Positions 26,271-40,266 of a DNA stretch of 64,000 nucleotides are shown piece after piece. Below the pieces are notes generated by a model. The model had not been told where the DNA came from and ran no database searches. It was given only the letters and a program-made list of their open reading frames with translations. This DNA comes from Octopus vulgaris (Eukaryota), in NCBI GenBank assembly GCA_951406725.2, contig OX597842.1:15252001-15316000 (forward strand). Direction: 5' to 3'. The stretch's first letter is position 1, and each line of letters opens with the position of its first letter. A program made the translations under genes and the position numbers.

Positions 26271-27407
26271 CCGTTTATGTGTATGCTTATCCTACGATCG
26301 CAGCCGAACACGGTGTTGCTTTGTTTGTGTCTCTATATATAAAGCAACGTTCAGCGATACAGGACGGAAGAATAAGGACAGTGTACAAATAAATAAACAG
26401 GTCCAGTTAACCCGTCACAAACTCTTGAAGGCGGTGCTCCAGCATGGCCACAATCCAATGGATAAAAGAAATCCAAGGTAAAGAGCAAACTGTTAACAGA
26501 TTCGATGTAAGGATGTTCTATAGAGCTTATTACTGCATAACTCCAACCTCCCATGCTTTCCTCTCTCCCTCCCTCTCCCTCTCTCGCAAACACACCCACC
26601 CACACCCACCCACCCCCACACACGCAAACCCATTCACAAACAGACACAGGCAAAGAATTACAGGTACACACTGAATAAAAGCACATACGCAGAAATATAC
26701 TCTAATATTAACAGGCATATTTTTCGTCAATTAAATGACCTATAATTGTGAGTTACCTCCCTTAACACTATTTCGTCAATTTTTTACGTGCTTTATATTT
26801 AAAGTACTTTTTACGGCCTATAGTTTCCATTTTTTAAACATCGGAACGCAGCCATGCTGGAGCACTGCATTGAAGTGTTTAGTCAACCACACATCGAGTA
26901 GTGCTTCTCTTTATTCAGATTGCTGCTTATTTGTTTGTTCTCTCTTCATATAACAGCTACGTTACATGGATGTAAACAAAAACAGTCGATGTCAAGTGGT
27001 GAATATTAGAAAAACAGTGTGTGTCTCTGTGTATGTGTATATATATATATATGTATATATATATGCGTAATTGGCGCGGATTTAGCTCGCCCTTCTCCCT
27101 TTTTTGTGAAAGACGTAGAAAAGATTGGAGATGATGATTCTGAAAAAAGTCATTGTTTGTAAAATGCCATTTATTCAAAAGAAAAATAAATAAATCTCGC
27201 CTCCCGATTCTACGGTTTTTAACCAGACTATCTACATGCTAGAAATAGAAGCCATATCTCACGCAATCTTTTTTTGGCACATAATTACAGACTCTGTATC
27301 GAATGAATTGCATTTTACCCCCATGGGGCCACCGAGTCACTTCGTTACCATCATCTATCTCTTGTAGTTCCTTCTTTTCATTTTCTCTTTCTTTCTCCTT
27401 CCGTTCT

Positions 27408-27740
27408 GTGGAAGTGCATGGCTCAGTGGTGATATCGTCAGTATCACAATCGCGAGATAATGAGTTCGATTCATGGAACGGGCTATGTGTTGAAGTTCTT
27501 GAGCAAGACACTTTATTTCACGTTACTCCAGTTCACTCATCTGTTGAAATGAGTTGTGACATCCCTGGGCCGAAGCTGTATCAGTCTTTGAATTGCCATT
27601 GGATAACATTGTTGGCACGGAGAGGATATTCTGTTATGCATGGGTGACTGCCGGTCATCCATAAACAAACTTGCCCGGATAAGTACCTTGGTGGGGAACT
27701 TTCTAGGTGGAATCTCCTCGTCATTCTTTACCAAAGAGGA
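27408..27740 (+). mobile_element. tRNA-derived SINE (~335 bp family)
   Basis: Paralog of 9421-9755. Confidence 0.82.
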
Positions 27741-27925
27741 TAAAAAATATGCACTTCCCTACCTCATTCTCTTATCCACTAACTTGAAACTGACCCCCCC
27801 CCCCCGCAACGAATAGTCGGTAAGTATGATAAAAGCACTGAGCTGTAAATTGGTTGATGTTTGGAAGGGCATCTAACCAGAAATAGCAGACCAAAGCAGA
27901 CATTTATATATATAATGTATACATT

Positions 27926-27965
<40 letters not shown>

Positions 27966-28211
27966 TATGTGTGTATGTGTGTGGATGTATGTTTGTGTGT
28001 CTGCCTTTGTCCCCACACCATCGCTTGACAACCGATGCTAGTGTGTTTACGACCCCGTAACACAGCGGTTCGGCAAAATGAAAGCGATTGAATAGGTAAT
28101 AGGCTTACAAAAAATATGTCCTGGGGTCGATCGATCTACCTGTCTAAAGGTGGTGCTCCAGAATGGACAAAGTGAAATGACTGCAACAAGTAAAACAGTA
28201 AAGAGAAAAGA

Positions 28212-28298
<87 letters not shown>

Positions 28299-28633
28299 AG
28301 TGTGTGTGAAGCAAAATCGAGGGGCACACATGTGTAGCAATACCCCATAGGCATTCGATACAGACTATATACGTATGTGCCCCAAAACAGTTTGTATGAA
28401 ATTTCGCTGCTTTTTCAAGCACGTAGATATCTTGTTTGAAGCCCTGTAGAATCGGAAGGGGAGAGGGTTTATGTGGATGTGGTGGGGGGCGGATTTCAGT
28501 TTCACGAACAGTTACTTTTCAGATTCATAATGTCGGTTGTTTTAATCACATAATTTGTCAAATAAGTTACAAGAAAAAGTGAAAAATGAAGAGGTGGGTT
28601 ACGTCTCTACCATGGGTTCCTCACCTCACCTCC

Positions 28634-29694
28634 AGGAGGATATTGAAGAGATTTGCACATCTGAAGCCCGGGCTATCACAGTACCTTGTCCTACATCTTG
28701 AGGGCAAATTTGGAATCCTTGGCACTATAAAGTGGCGCCCAGTTCTTGTACTTGTGTATCTCTGGATGCTAAAGCTTTGGACAAGTCCTTCCAGCATCTT
28801 CCACATGAATATTATGGCATATCTTTCTCGCCTACGCTCTAAGGAATAGAGTCTTAATCTCTTGAATCTTTCTCAATAGGCTATATGCTGCATAGTGGCT
28901 ACCTTCTTCGTGTAGCTTCGTTGGATTGCCTCAACTTCTGCGATTAATTTGACACTGGTTGGTGACCATAGCTGGGAGCAATTTTCAAAGTGGCTTAGAA
29001 CAAGTGAACTCTAGAGGACCATCATTGGATCCTGGTCTCTTGTTCTAAACGTTCTCAGAATCCATCCGGTCAGCCGCCTACATTTCATTGCCAATTTAGC
29101 AACAAGCACATGAACGGTTGCATCATTACTGATGTAAATACCCAGGTCTTGCACTGATTGTGTCTCTGGGATTGCAATCCCTCCAAATCCAGTGTATTTA
29201 TTGCATTTAGTTTTGCATGTTGATAGCATAAAGCTTGAAACTTTTCAGCATTAAACAGCATGCTATTCTTTTCAGCCAACTTGTATATTTTGTCTAGCTC
29301 ACGATGCAGGTGCATAGTGTCTTCAGGGTTCTGTATTACCTGTGAAACTTTTGTATCATCTGCATAACTTGTGATCGTAGCCTTCTGTGTGGCTGAGGGC
29401 ATTCTGAGAGGCCCATTATGAGCAGAAGTGTTCCCAAAACAGAGCCTTGCGGAAGACCGGTCCCTATTTGCGTATCATTGGAGGCGGCTACATTGGCTAC
29501 TACCACCTGACATCTATCCTTCAGAAAGTCATGAAGCCATTCTCACAATTTTCCAACTATGCCAAGATCACGCACTTTGTGACGTATCGTTCCATTATCG
29601 ACTTTATCAAAGGCCTTGGCAAAGTCGAGATATATCACTTCAACATCTGAGTGGTTGAGCAGCTGTTTCAGTACCCAGTCAGAGTGTTCTAAGA

Positions 29695-29697
<3 letters not shown>
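28634..29697 (-). mobile_element. LINE family A RT fragment
   Basis: Duplicate of 689-1751. Confidence 0.88.
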
Positions 29698-29736
<39 letters not shown>

Positions 29737-29742
<6 letters not shown>

Positions 29743-29924
29743 TATATTGAAGGAGCTTCTACAGGACTAGTACTGTTTCATTCAAGAGAAATCTTCAGGA
29801 AGATTTCTCTTGAATGAAACAGTACTAGTCCTGTAGAAGCTCCTTCTATATAATAAATTAATTTTACTCTGCTATGTATTGAGTACCTTACTTACTGTGG
29901 TTAACCCCGAATCAACCCGGGACC

Positions 29925-29928
<4 letters not shown>
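29737..29928. mobile_element. Small fold-back insertion with hammerhead core (PLE or retrozyme 3' remnant)
   Basis: Perfect 48 bp arms (29749-29796 / 29799-29846) with a 2 nt loop, extended 11 bp past one mismatch. The minus strand reads CUGAAGA-N12-GAAAC-AGUACUA-GUC. Flanked by (TA)n and absent at ~1755. Confidence 0.68.
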
Positions 29929-29981
<53 letters not shown>

Positions 29982-30144
29982 TGCATGGGGACTGTCTTGG
30001 GTCCGCTACTCTACATATAAAAAGTCCATTACTTAGCGGTTCGGCAAAATGAGAGAGATTAAATAAATAAAATGCTTACAAAAAAATGTCTACTACGGCC
30101 TGTTTGCCTGTCCAAATGCGGTAAAGAACAAAACAGTAAAGAAC

Positions 30145-30199
<55 letters not shown>

Positions 30200-30202
<3 letters not shown>

Positions 30203-31875
30203 CCTTCACTGCCACTGACATCGTAACGGCAATAAATGAGGTCAAATACTACTCTGCTGTAGGCCCTGATAGATTCCCCGCTAGTCTCCTGAAGGAATGT
30301 AGACACCAACTTGCAGTCCCTCTGACCAACCTCTGGAGAAATTCGTTAGACGCAGGTTATATACCGAAACAGTTTCTATCCTAGTCAGTCATCCCGGTTT
30401 TCAAACAGGGAAACAGATCCCTCCCACTCAACTATCGCCCAATCTCACTCACCTCCCACATCATTAAAGGGTTTGAAAGAGTTTTAAGATCAAGGATAGC
30501 TGCCTTCCTAGAGAGCCACAAACTCCTAAATGCAAATCAGCATGGCTTTCGCTGTGGCAGGGACTGTCTAACACAACTCTTACACCACATTGAAGATGTA
30601 CTCAAAGGCTTGGGAACAGATTCGAACTCTGACGTCATATATCTTGACTTCAGTAAAGCATTCGACAGGGTAGACCATAATATCCTGCTCTCAAAATTGG
30701 CAAATGTTGGAATCCGTGGAAAAGTTCTACACTAGACTAAGTATTTCCTGGCGAATAGAACACAACATGTTGTAGTTGATGGAGTCCACTCAAGCCCAGC
30801 AAAAGTCACCAGCGGTGTCCCCCACGGGACTGTCTTGGGCCCGGTACTCTTTATAATTTACATAAACGACCTTTCCAGTGTCGTACATTACTGCAAAGTG
30901 CAAATATTTGCTGATGACACTAAGCTCCAGCAAATCGTCAATGAAGAAGCAGACCGAACTCAACTCCAGTCTGATCTATATGCTGTGAGTCAATAGGCAG
31001 ACAGAAACAAAATGCAACTGAATGAGGGAAAATTTGAGCTGATGCATTTTGGAAAAAATTCCTCACTAAAACAGCCATACTCTCTTCCTTCAGGGAAACC
31101 GCTCACAGCCTCTAACAATATCAGAAACCTGGGCGTAATTGTTGATGACGATCTCAGTTGGAGTGCACACATCAACAGGAAGGTCGATATAGCTCGTAGG
31201 ATGAGTTCCTGGATCTTAAGAACTTTCCGGTCCAGAGAACAAGGTGTCATCATACCACTTTTCACCTCGTTTGTACGGCCACACCTCGAATACTGCTGCC
31301 CACTGTGGTCTCCCCATACAAAACAAAACATCTCGAGGATTGAGTAACCCCAGAGGGCACTCACTAAACGAATTGAAGGCATGGCTGCTCTCGATTATTG
31401 GGATCGCCTTAAAGCCTTGAAACTTTACTCTCTCCAGCGTCGCCGTGAGCGGTACATCATTTGTACGATGTGGAGAATATACCGCCAACTTTGCCCAAAC
31501 GACCTAAACATTAGCTTCAAGGTTCATCCAAGAATGGGACCATGGGCCATACGTCCCCTGCCCAATTCAAGATCACAGCATACATGTACACTGCAACATA
31601 ATTTCTTTTCCTCAACAGGCCCTGCCCTATTTAACATTGTACCGAAAGAGATCAAAGAGGAAAAGGATCCCATCAACTTTAAACGGAGTCTGGATAGATT
31701 CCTTCAAAGAATACCAGATAAGCCACCCATAATTGGATACAACTCACCAAACAAGAACTCCCTACTTGAATGGACCATAAACAAAACTTGACTAAAACAG
31801 GATTCGAATAATCCTATCAGGTGGTGCTATTAAGTTAGACATGGCCTGGACCAATCTTCGGTCGAAACATATCTA

Positions 31876-31880
<5 letters not shown>
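30200..31880 (+). mobile_element. 5'-truncated LINE family B (duplicate of 1984-3672)
   Basis: Same truncation point and the same in-frame stops. Confidence 0.92.
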
Positions 31881-31959
<79 letters not shown>

Positions 31960-31969
31960 TATATAATTA

Positions 31970-32009
<40 letters not shown>

Positions 32010-33030
32010 TGTGTGTGAATCAAAATTGAAGGGCACAATTGTGTAGGAATATCCCATAGGCATTCGATACAGAGTATATACGTATCTTCCAAAAGCAGTT
32101 TGTGTGCAATCTGCTGCTTTTTCTAGCATGTGGATTTCCTGTTTGAAGCCCATAGAATCGGGAGGGGAGAGGGTTGATGCAGATTTTTTCATTTCATTTT
32201 GGAAAATTTCCAGAATCATGATCTCGTTTTTTTTTATCACCTATTTTGCCCTAAAAACATTTTGGAAAGCGAAAAATGAAGAAAAGAGGGTGCAATTGGA
32301 ATTTTGAATCGGTATCTCCATAACCGAAAACATGGTTCTCCGTAAAAAATACAAAAACGTGTTAAGGGTGGGTTACGTCTCCACAATGTGTACCCCACCT
32401 TACCACCAAGGTGACCAGGAGAAAGGAATTTCTCGTAGAAGTTTAGGAGGGGAGAAATGCTTCAAATTGCACCCAGCCAGGTTTCTCTCACTACTACCAC
32501 ATCCAAGTTTTGCGACCTGAGGTCATTGAGGAAAATCCGTTGTTTCCAATTCGTCGCCTGGCTGCAAACATTTAAAGACGTTACGTTGAGTGTAAACATG
32601 AAGAAAATATTTGGTCTACCTTAGGATAGAGATGGGCGTTAACCACTCACGTTTCATTTATTTAGGAGCTACTGATGTCACTATGTGTGTGTATGTGCGT
32701 GCGTGTGTGTGAGTGAGTCTTCATATTTAGGTGTGTCCTTATCCTACGATCGCAGACTGACACGGTGTTCCTTTGTTTATGTCTCTATAAAGCAACGTTC
32801 AGCGATAGAGGACGGAAGAATTAGGACAGATTACAAATACATAAATAAATAGGTAAAGCTAATCCGACGGAGACGCTTCAAGGCGGTGCTCCAGCACGGC
32901 CACACTCCAATGAATGAAAGAAATCCAAGGTAAAGAGCAAAGTACTAAAACCTTCGATGTAAGGATGTACTATAGAGCTTATTACTGCATTACTCCAGAT
33001 TTCCGAGAGAGAGAAGAGAAATAGAATGTT

Positions 33031-33067
<37 letters not shown>

Positions 33068-33070
<3 letters not shown>

Positions 33071-33496
33071 TCGTACAATATACCGTGACTGGTTGCTGAA
33101 ATGTGGAAGTGTTATATCTTGACTTTGCAAAGGCCGATAAAGGTTGATAAAGTTTTATCATGGAACGATACGTCACAAACTGCGTGATCTTGGCATAGTT
33201 GGAAAATTGTGAGAATGGCTTCATGATTTTCTGAAGTATAGAAGTCAGGTGGTAGTAGCCAATGGGGCCACCTCCAATGATACTCCAAATAGGGACCGGT
33301 GTCCCGCTAGGCTCTGTTTTGGGACCACTTCTGCTCATATTGTCCCTCTCAGAATGCCCTCAGAACGCCACGATCACAAGTTATGCAGATGATACAAAAG
33401 TTTCACAGGTAATACAGAACCCTGAAGATACTATGCACCTGCAATGTGAGCTGGACAAAATATACAAGTTGGCTGAAAAGAATAGCATGCAGTTCA
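33068..33496 (+). mobile_element. LINE family A short RT fragment
   Basis: GSVLGPLL...YADDTK; duplicate of 4749-5176. Confidence 0.88.
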
Positions 33497-33589
33497 TTAC
33501 TAAAATTTGCCTTATAGAGACATAAACAAAGCAACACCATGTCAGGCTGCAATCGTAGGATAAGGACACACATAAACATGAACACACAC

Positions 33590-33665
<76 letters not shown>

Positions 33666-34357
33666 ACACACACACAAACCTTCCAACGTTTAAGTAATGC
33701 AAACGATAGGCCGTCAAAATTAATTTATATTTAAGGCAGATAAAATTAATTATAAAATAGTGTTAAGGGAGGTAACTCACAAATATAAGTCATAATTGAC
33801 GTAAAATATCCGTTTAACTTAGTGTATATTTTTTTGCGTGTGTGCTTTTTTGTTCGGTGTGTTCAAACACTTCTATCCTTGAATCCGTTTGTATATGCGG
33901 GTTTCTATCTGTGTATGTGTATATGTATGTGTGTGTGTGGAGGGGGGTGTTTGCGAGAGAGGGAGAGGGAGGGAGAGAGGAAAGCATGGGAGGTTGGAGT
34001 AATGCAGTAATAAGCTCTATAGGACATCCTTACATCGAATCTTTTAACAGTTTGCTCTTTACTCAGGATTTCCTTCATTCATTGGATTGTGACCATGCTG
34101 GAGCACCGCCTTCAAGAGTTTCTGACGGGTTAACTGGACCTATTTATTTATTTATTTGTAATTTCTCCTTATTCTTCCGTCTTGTATCGCTCAACGTTGC
34201 TTCATAGAGACATAAACAAAGCAACACCGTGTTAGGCTGCAATCGTAGGATAAGGACACTCATAAACATGAACACACACACACCTAGAGACTTCACAAGC
34301 TCCTAAATAAATAGAACTGTATGTTTTAACGCCCATCTCCAACCTAAGTTTTTTCTT

Positions 34358-35040
34358 CATGTTTACACTCGATGTAGGGAGTTTAAACGTGTACATCCTG
34401 TCATCGAATTGGAAATAAGGGATTTTCCTCAATGACCTCGTGTCACTTAATTTGGATGTGTTAGTAGTTAAAGAAATCTGGCTGAGTGGACTGACAAGCA
34501 ATCTCCCCCCCCCCAAACTGCTACGAGAAATTTATTTCTCCTGGTCACCCAGAATGTGAAGAGAGGCGGTCGTAGTTCTGCTCAAGAAAAACTGGATTTA
34601 GCATCAAGAGTAATCTTTATTGATCCGGGGGTGGGAGTAGCCTGGTCGTATTTGATGTAAACCTCATCATTGATAAGTCTTTCAGGCTGGGGGTTGTTTA
34701 TGCACTCCGACGGCCGGACAGTTTTCTAGGAACGTCACACTCCTTAGTGGATTGTGTTTGCTCGAATATGGATAGGAGGAGAAACACGTATATCTTCGAT
34801 CTGTCTAAGCGTTTTTTGCTGGCAAATCTGTATATACTGGAACACCCAGACGCTCCACTGTGGAGATGGATGAATAGCGATGGGTCTTCTAGATCTTATA
34901 TGGACAGGCTATTTCTTAGATGTATAGATAAAGATGTATTTGTGTGTGCACAATTTCACTACGTCAACTACAGTGATCAGAAGCGTGTGACCAGAAAGTT
35001 TGAACTCGATAGGTTACATAGGCAAGGTCCCGGCTTCTAG
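34358..35040 (+). mobile_element. L1/Tx1-type AP-endonuclease fragment
   Basis: Duplicate of 6043-6725. Confidence 0.72.
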
Positions 35041-35586
35041 AAGCTCCTTGGTTACCTTGGATTTCTTTCATTCATCGGATTGTGGCCATGCTGGGGCTCC
35101 GCCTTGAAGAATTTTCGTCGCTTTAACTGGACCTATATATTTATTTATTTACTTGTAATCTGTTCTTATGCTTCCGACCTGTAACGCAAAACGTTGCTTT
35201 ATAGTGACATAAACAAAGTAACAACGTGTCAGGTTGCGATCAGAGGACAAGCATACACACAAAATATCTCAGGGACACATGCACACACACACATACATAC
35301 ACATACATACACGCACCCTTAATACTTATACGCAATCAGATATGAATGCACTTGCAAATATTCATCCATGCTTGCGTATATTCATACATACATTTATACA
35401 TATATACATGCACACACATATATACATATATACATACATACATGCATGCTTGCATACATACATACATACATACATACACGCATACATATATGCAATCACA
35501 TATATATATACATACAGACACATATATATATACATATATATATATAAATACATACATACATATATACGTAGATATACATACATGCA

Positions 35587-36951
35587 TCGTTTTATGACTA
35601 CGAAGATGACTCATGAGTCCAGCTTTACTGAGGCAGGTTGTTGCACAGACATCGCATGTCAGAATCAAATGAACACCCTTCCCTTCTGGAAGTGTACCAG
35701 CGATGCCCTTCCTGACATCCCTCCTTACTTTCTCATGTGCAACTCGAGATATCTCAAATGTGGCTGTCCCCTCATGCACAATCCTTCTCCACCTGCTACG
35801 ATCAATAGCTATGCCTTCCTATGTGTCAGGTGAGATGCAAGCATCTCTTAAGGAAGCCTTCAGCAAGTCCTTATACCTCTTTTTTGGTTTTTGTGGAGGT
35901 CGTTCTCCTTTAGCTAACTCTCCATAAAAGAGTTGTTTTGGCATCCTTGAATCCTTCATTCTGACCAGATGACCACTCCATATGAGCCTTTGCTTTAACA
36001 CAAGAGCTTCTATACTTTCACACCGAGAGCCTTCGAGTATTTCAAGATCACCGATGCCGTCCTTCCACTTATTGCCATAGATCCGTCTGAGGCACATCTG
36101 ATGGAATCGTTCCAGTTGTTTAAGGTGGTATCCATATTTGACCCACGTCTTGCAGGCAGAGAGAAGAGAAGGCAGCCCACATGCCTTGTACACCTTTATC
36201 TTTGTCCTTCTGCATATGTATCGCGGACTCCAGGGGTGTTTTCTAGCCTTGCGAAAGCAACAGTTGCTTTCCTAATTCTATATGGAATTTCATCATCCAC
36301 ATTGCCATATCTATTAATAGTGTCTTCCCAGGTAGACAAAGTGATCGCCTACATCAAGTCGTTTACCATTCACATAGATATTTGGTACACTACACTGCTT
36401 ACTAGGGGCAGGTTGATGCATGACAACAGTTTTCTTGAGATTGACTGTCAATTCTAAGGCAGTGCAAGCATCAGAGAATGCATTCAAAATGTGTTGCATA
36501 TCAATCTTAGTGTGTGCTACCAGCTCACAATCATCATCATACAAAATGTTTTTTTTTGATAGAGGTAAATATCTTTGTTTTTGCAGCAAGGCGCCTGACA
36601 TTAAATATGTTGCCAGAGGTTCGATAATGGACGTAAACACCGTATCTGCAGTTTCTGAATGCAATACAGAACACCATCGCGAAATATATGGAAAATAGGG
36701 TCAATGCCAGAATATTCCCCAGTTTCACTCCATTTTGTATTGAAATGGGCTCCGACATCTTCCCTCTAACATTCACCCTACCATTCATATCTTCATGAAA
36801 AGACCTAACCAAAGCAAGGAACTTTTCAGGACACCCAAGTTTCAGTAGGACTTTCCACAATGCTTTTCTATTGACGGTATCAAAGGCTTTTGTCAGATCG
36901 ACAAAAACCTCATACAAATCCTGACCCTGTTCCACACACTTTTCCTGAAGC
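35587..36951 (-). mobile_element. RTE-type LINE fragment
   Basis: Duplicate of 7274-8638; YADD changed to YDDD, with an extra frameshift. Confidence 0.92.
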
Positions 36952-37278
36952 GGGTGTGATTTGGCTGCTTTTTCTAGCATGTGGATATCCTGCTTGAAGC
37001 CCGTAGAATCGGGAGGGGAGGGGTTGAAGAAGATTGAGATGGCAACCTCAATAGTCGAGTAGTATGATAAATGCACCGAGCCCATGCTGTGAATTGGTTG
37101 ATGTTAGGAAGGGCATCTAACCAGAAATAGGAGACCAAAGCAGACATTTGAGCGCAGTGCAGTCCTTGGATCCTGTCCAGTCCATGCAAGAAAAGAACAT
37201 GTATGTTAGATGATGATGACAATGGGGATGATGTTATTTACCCTGTTGACGATGACAATCAAGGCTATATATGTATAA

Positions 37279-37335
<57 letters not shown>

Positions 37336-37720
37336 TGTATGTATGTATGTATGTATGTATGTATGTATGTATGTATGTATAGGCGTATATGGCGCAGATT
37401 TAACTCACCCTTCCCACTTTTTTTGTGAAATACGTAGAAAAGTTTGGAGATAATGATTCTAAAAAAAGTCATTGTTTGTAAAATGACTTTTTCAAAAGAA
37501 AAAAAAAACCTCGCCCCCAGATTCTACGGTTTTCAACCAGGCTATCCACATGCTAGAAATAAAAGCCATATCTCACGCAATCTTTTTTGGCACATAATTA
37601 CAGACTCTGTATAGAATGATTTGCATTTTACCTCATGGGGTTATCTTGTCACTTCGTTACCATCATCTATCTCTTGTAGTTCCTTCTTTTCATTTTCTCT
37701 TTGTTTCTCCTTCCGTTGTG

Positions 37721-38055
37721 TGGAAGTGCATGGCTCAGTGGTGATATCGTCAGTATCACAATCGCGAGATAATGAGTTCGATTCATGGAACGGGCTATGT
37801 GTTGAAGTAATTGAGCAAAACACTTTATTTCACGTTACTCCAGTTCACTCAGATGTTGAAATGAGTGGCGACATCACTGCGCCGAAGCAGTATCAGTCTT
37901 TGACTTGCCATTGGATAACTTTGTTGGAATGGAGAGGGTATTCTGTTATGCATGGGTGACCGCCGGACATCCATAAACAAATTTGCCCGGATATGTACCT
38001 TGTTGGGGAACCTTCTAGGTGTCATCTCTTGGTCATTCATAACCAAAGAGGATCT
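37721..38055 (+). mobile_element. tRNA-derived SINE (~335 bp family)
   Basis: Duplicate of 9421-9755. Confidence 0.82.
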
Positions 38056-38540
38056 ACAAAAACATGCACTACCCTACCTCTTAAATCATTCCCTTATCCA
38101 CGAGCATGAAACTGACCCCACCCCTCCAACAGGATTTTCAGTTATGCGACCTGCATGGCAACCTGAATTGTCGGGGAGTATGATAAAAAGCACCGAGCCC
38201 ATGCTGCAAAATGGTTGATGTTTGGAAGGGCATCTAACCAGAAATAGCAGACCAAAGCAGACATTTATATATATAATATATACATTTATATATGTGTGTG
38301 TGTGTGTGTGTGTATGTATGTTTGTGTGTCTGCCTTTGTCCCCACACCATCGCTTGACAACCGATGCTAGTGTGTTTACGACCCCGTAACCCAGCGGTTC
38401 GGCAAAATGAAAGCGATTGAATAAGTAATAGGCTTACAGAAAATATGTCCTGGGGTCGATCGATCTACCTGTCTAAAGGTGGTGCTCCAGAATGGTCAAA
38501 GTGAAATGACTGCAACAATTAAAACAGTAAATAGAAAAGA

Positions 38541-38646
<106 letters not shown>

Positions 38647-38977
38647 TGTGTGAAGCAAAATCGAGGGGCACACATGTGTAGCAATACCCCATAGGCATTC
38701 GATACAGACTATATACGTATGTGCCCCAAAACAGTTTGTATGAAATTTTGCTGCTTTTTTAAGCACGTAGATATCTTGTTTGAAGCCCTGTAGAATCGGA
38801 AGGGGAGAGGGTTTATGTGGATTTTGTGGGGGGCGGATTTCAGTTTCACGAACAGTTATTTTTCAGAATCATAATGTCGGTTGTTTTAATCACATAATTT
38901 GTCAAAAAAGTTACAAGAAAAAGTGAAAAATGAAGAGGTGGGTTACGTCTCTACCATGGGTTCCTCACCTCACCTCC

Positions 38978-40023
38978 AGGAGGATATTGAAGAGATTTGC
39001 ACATCTGAAGCCCGGGCTATCACAGTACCTTGTCCTACATCTTGAGGGCAAATTTGGAATCCTTGGCACTATAAAGTGGCGCCCAGTTCTTGTACTTGTG
39101 TATCTCTGGATGCTAAAGCTTTGGACAAGTCCTTCCAGGATCTTCCACATGTATATTATGGCATATCTTTCTCGCCTACGCTCTAAGGAATAGAGTCTTA
39201 ATCTCTTGAATCTTTCTCAATAGGCTATATGCTGCATAGTGGCTATCTTTTTCGTGTAGCTTCGTTGGATTGCCTCAAGTTCTGCGATTAATTTGACACT
39301 GGTTGGTGACCATAGTTGGGAGCAATTTTCAAAGTGGCTTAGAACAAGTGAACTCTAGAGGACCATCATGGTTTCCTGGTCTCTTGTTCTAAACGTTCTC
39401 AGAACCCATCCGGTCAGCCGCCTACATTTCATTGCCAGTTTAGCAACAAGCATATGAACGGTTGCATCATTACTGATGTAAATACCCAGGTCTTGCACTG
39501 ATTGTGTCTCTGGGATTGCAATCCCTCCAAATCCAGTGTATTTATTGCATTTAGTTTTGCATGTTGATAGCATAAAGCTTGAAACTTTTCAGCATTAAAC
39601 AGCATGCTATTCTTTTCAGCCAACTTGTATATTTTGTCTAGCTCACAATGCAGGTGCATAGTGTCTTCAGGGTTCTGTATTACCTGTGAAACTTTTGCAT
39701 CATCTGCATAACTTGTGATCGTAGACTTCTGTGTGGCTGAGGGCATTCTGAGAGGGCCATTATGAGCAGAGTGTTCCCAAAACAGAGCCTTGCGGAAGAC
39801 CGGTCCCTATTTGCGTATCATTGGAGCGGCTACATTGGCTACTACCACCTGACTTCTATCCTTCAGAAAGTCATGAAGCCATTCTCACAATTTTCCAACT
39901 ATGCCAAGATCACGCATTTTGTGACGTATCGTTCCATGATCGACTTGGGAAAGTCGAGATGTATCACTTCAACGTCTGAGTGGTTGAGCATCTTTTTCAG
40001 TACCCAGTCAGAGTGTTCTAAGA

Positions 40024-40026
<3 letters not shown>
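38978..40026 (-). mobile_element. LINE family A RT fragment
   Basis: Duplicate of 10634-11682. Confidence 0.88.
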
Positions 40027-40090
<64 letters not shown>

Positions 40091-40193
40091 TATATAAATA
40101 GATAGATAGATAGATAGATAGATAGTTAGTCAGTTAGATAGATAGATAGAAAGATAGATAAATAGACAGACAGATAGACTGATGGATAGATAT

Positions 40194-40266
<73 letters not shown>

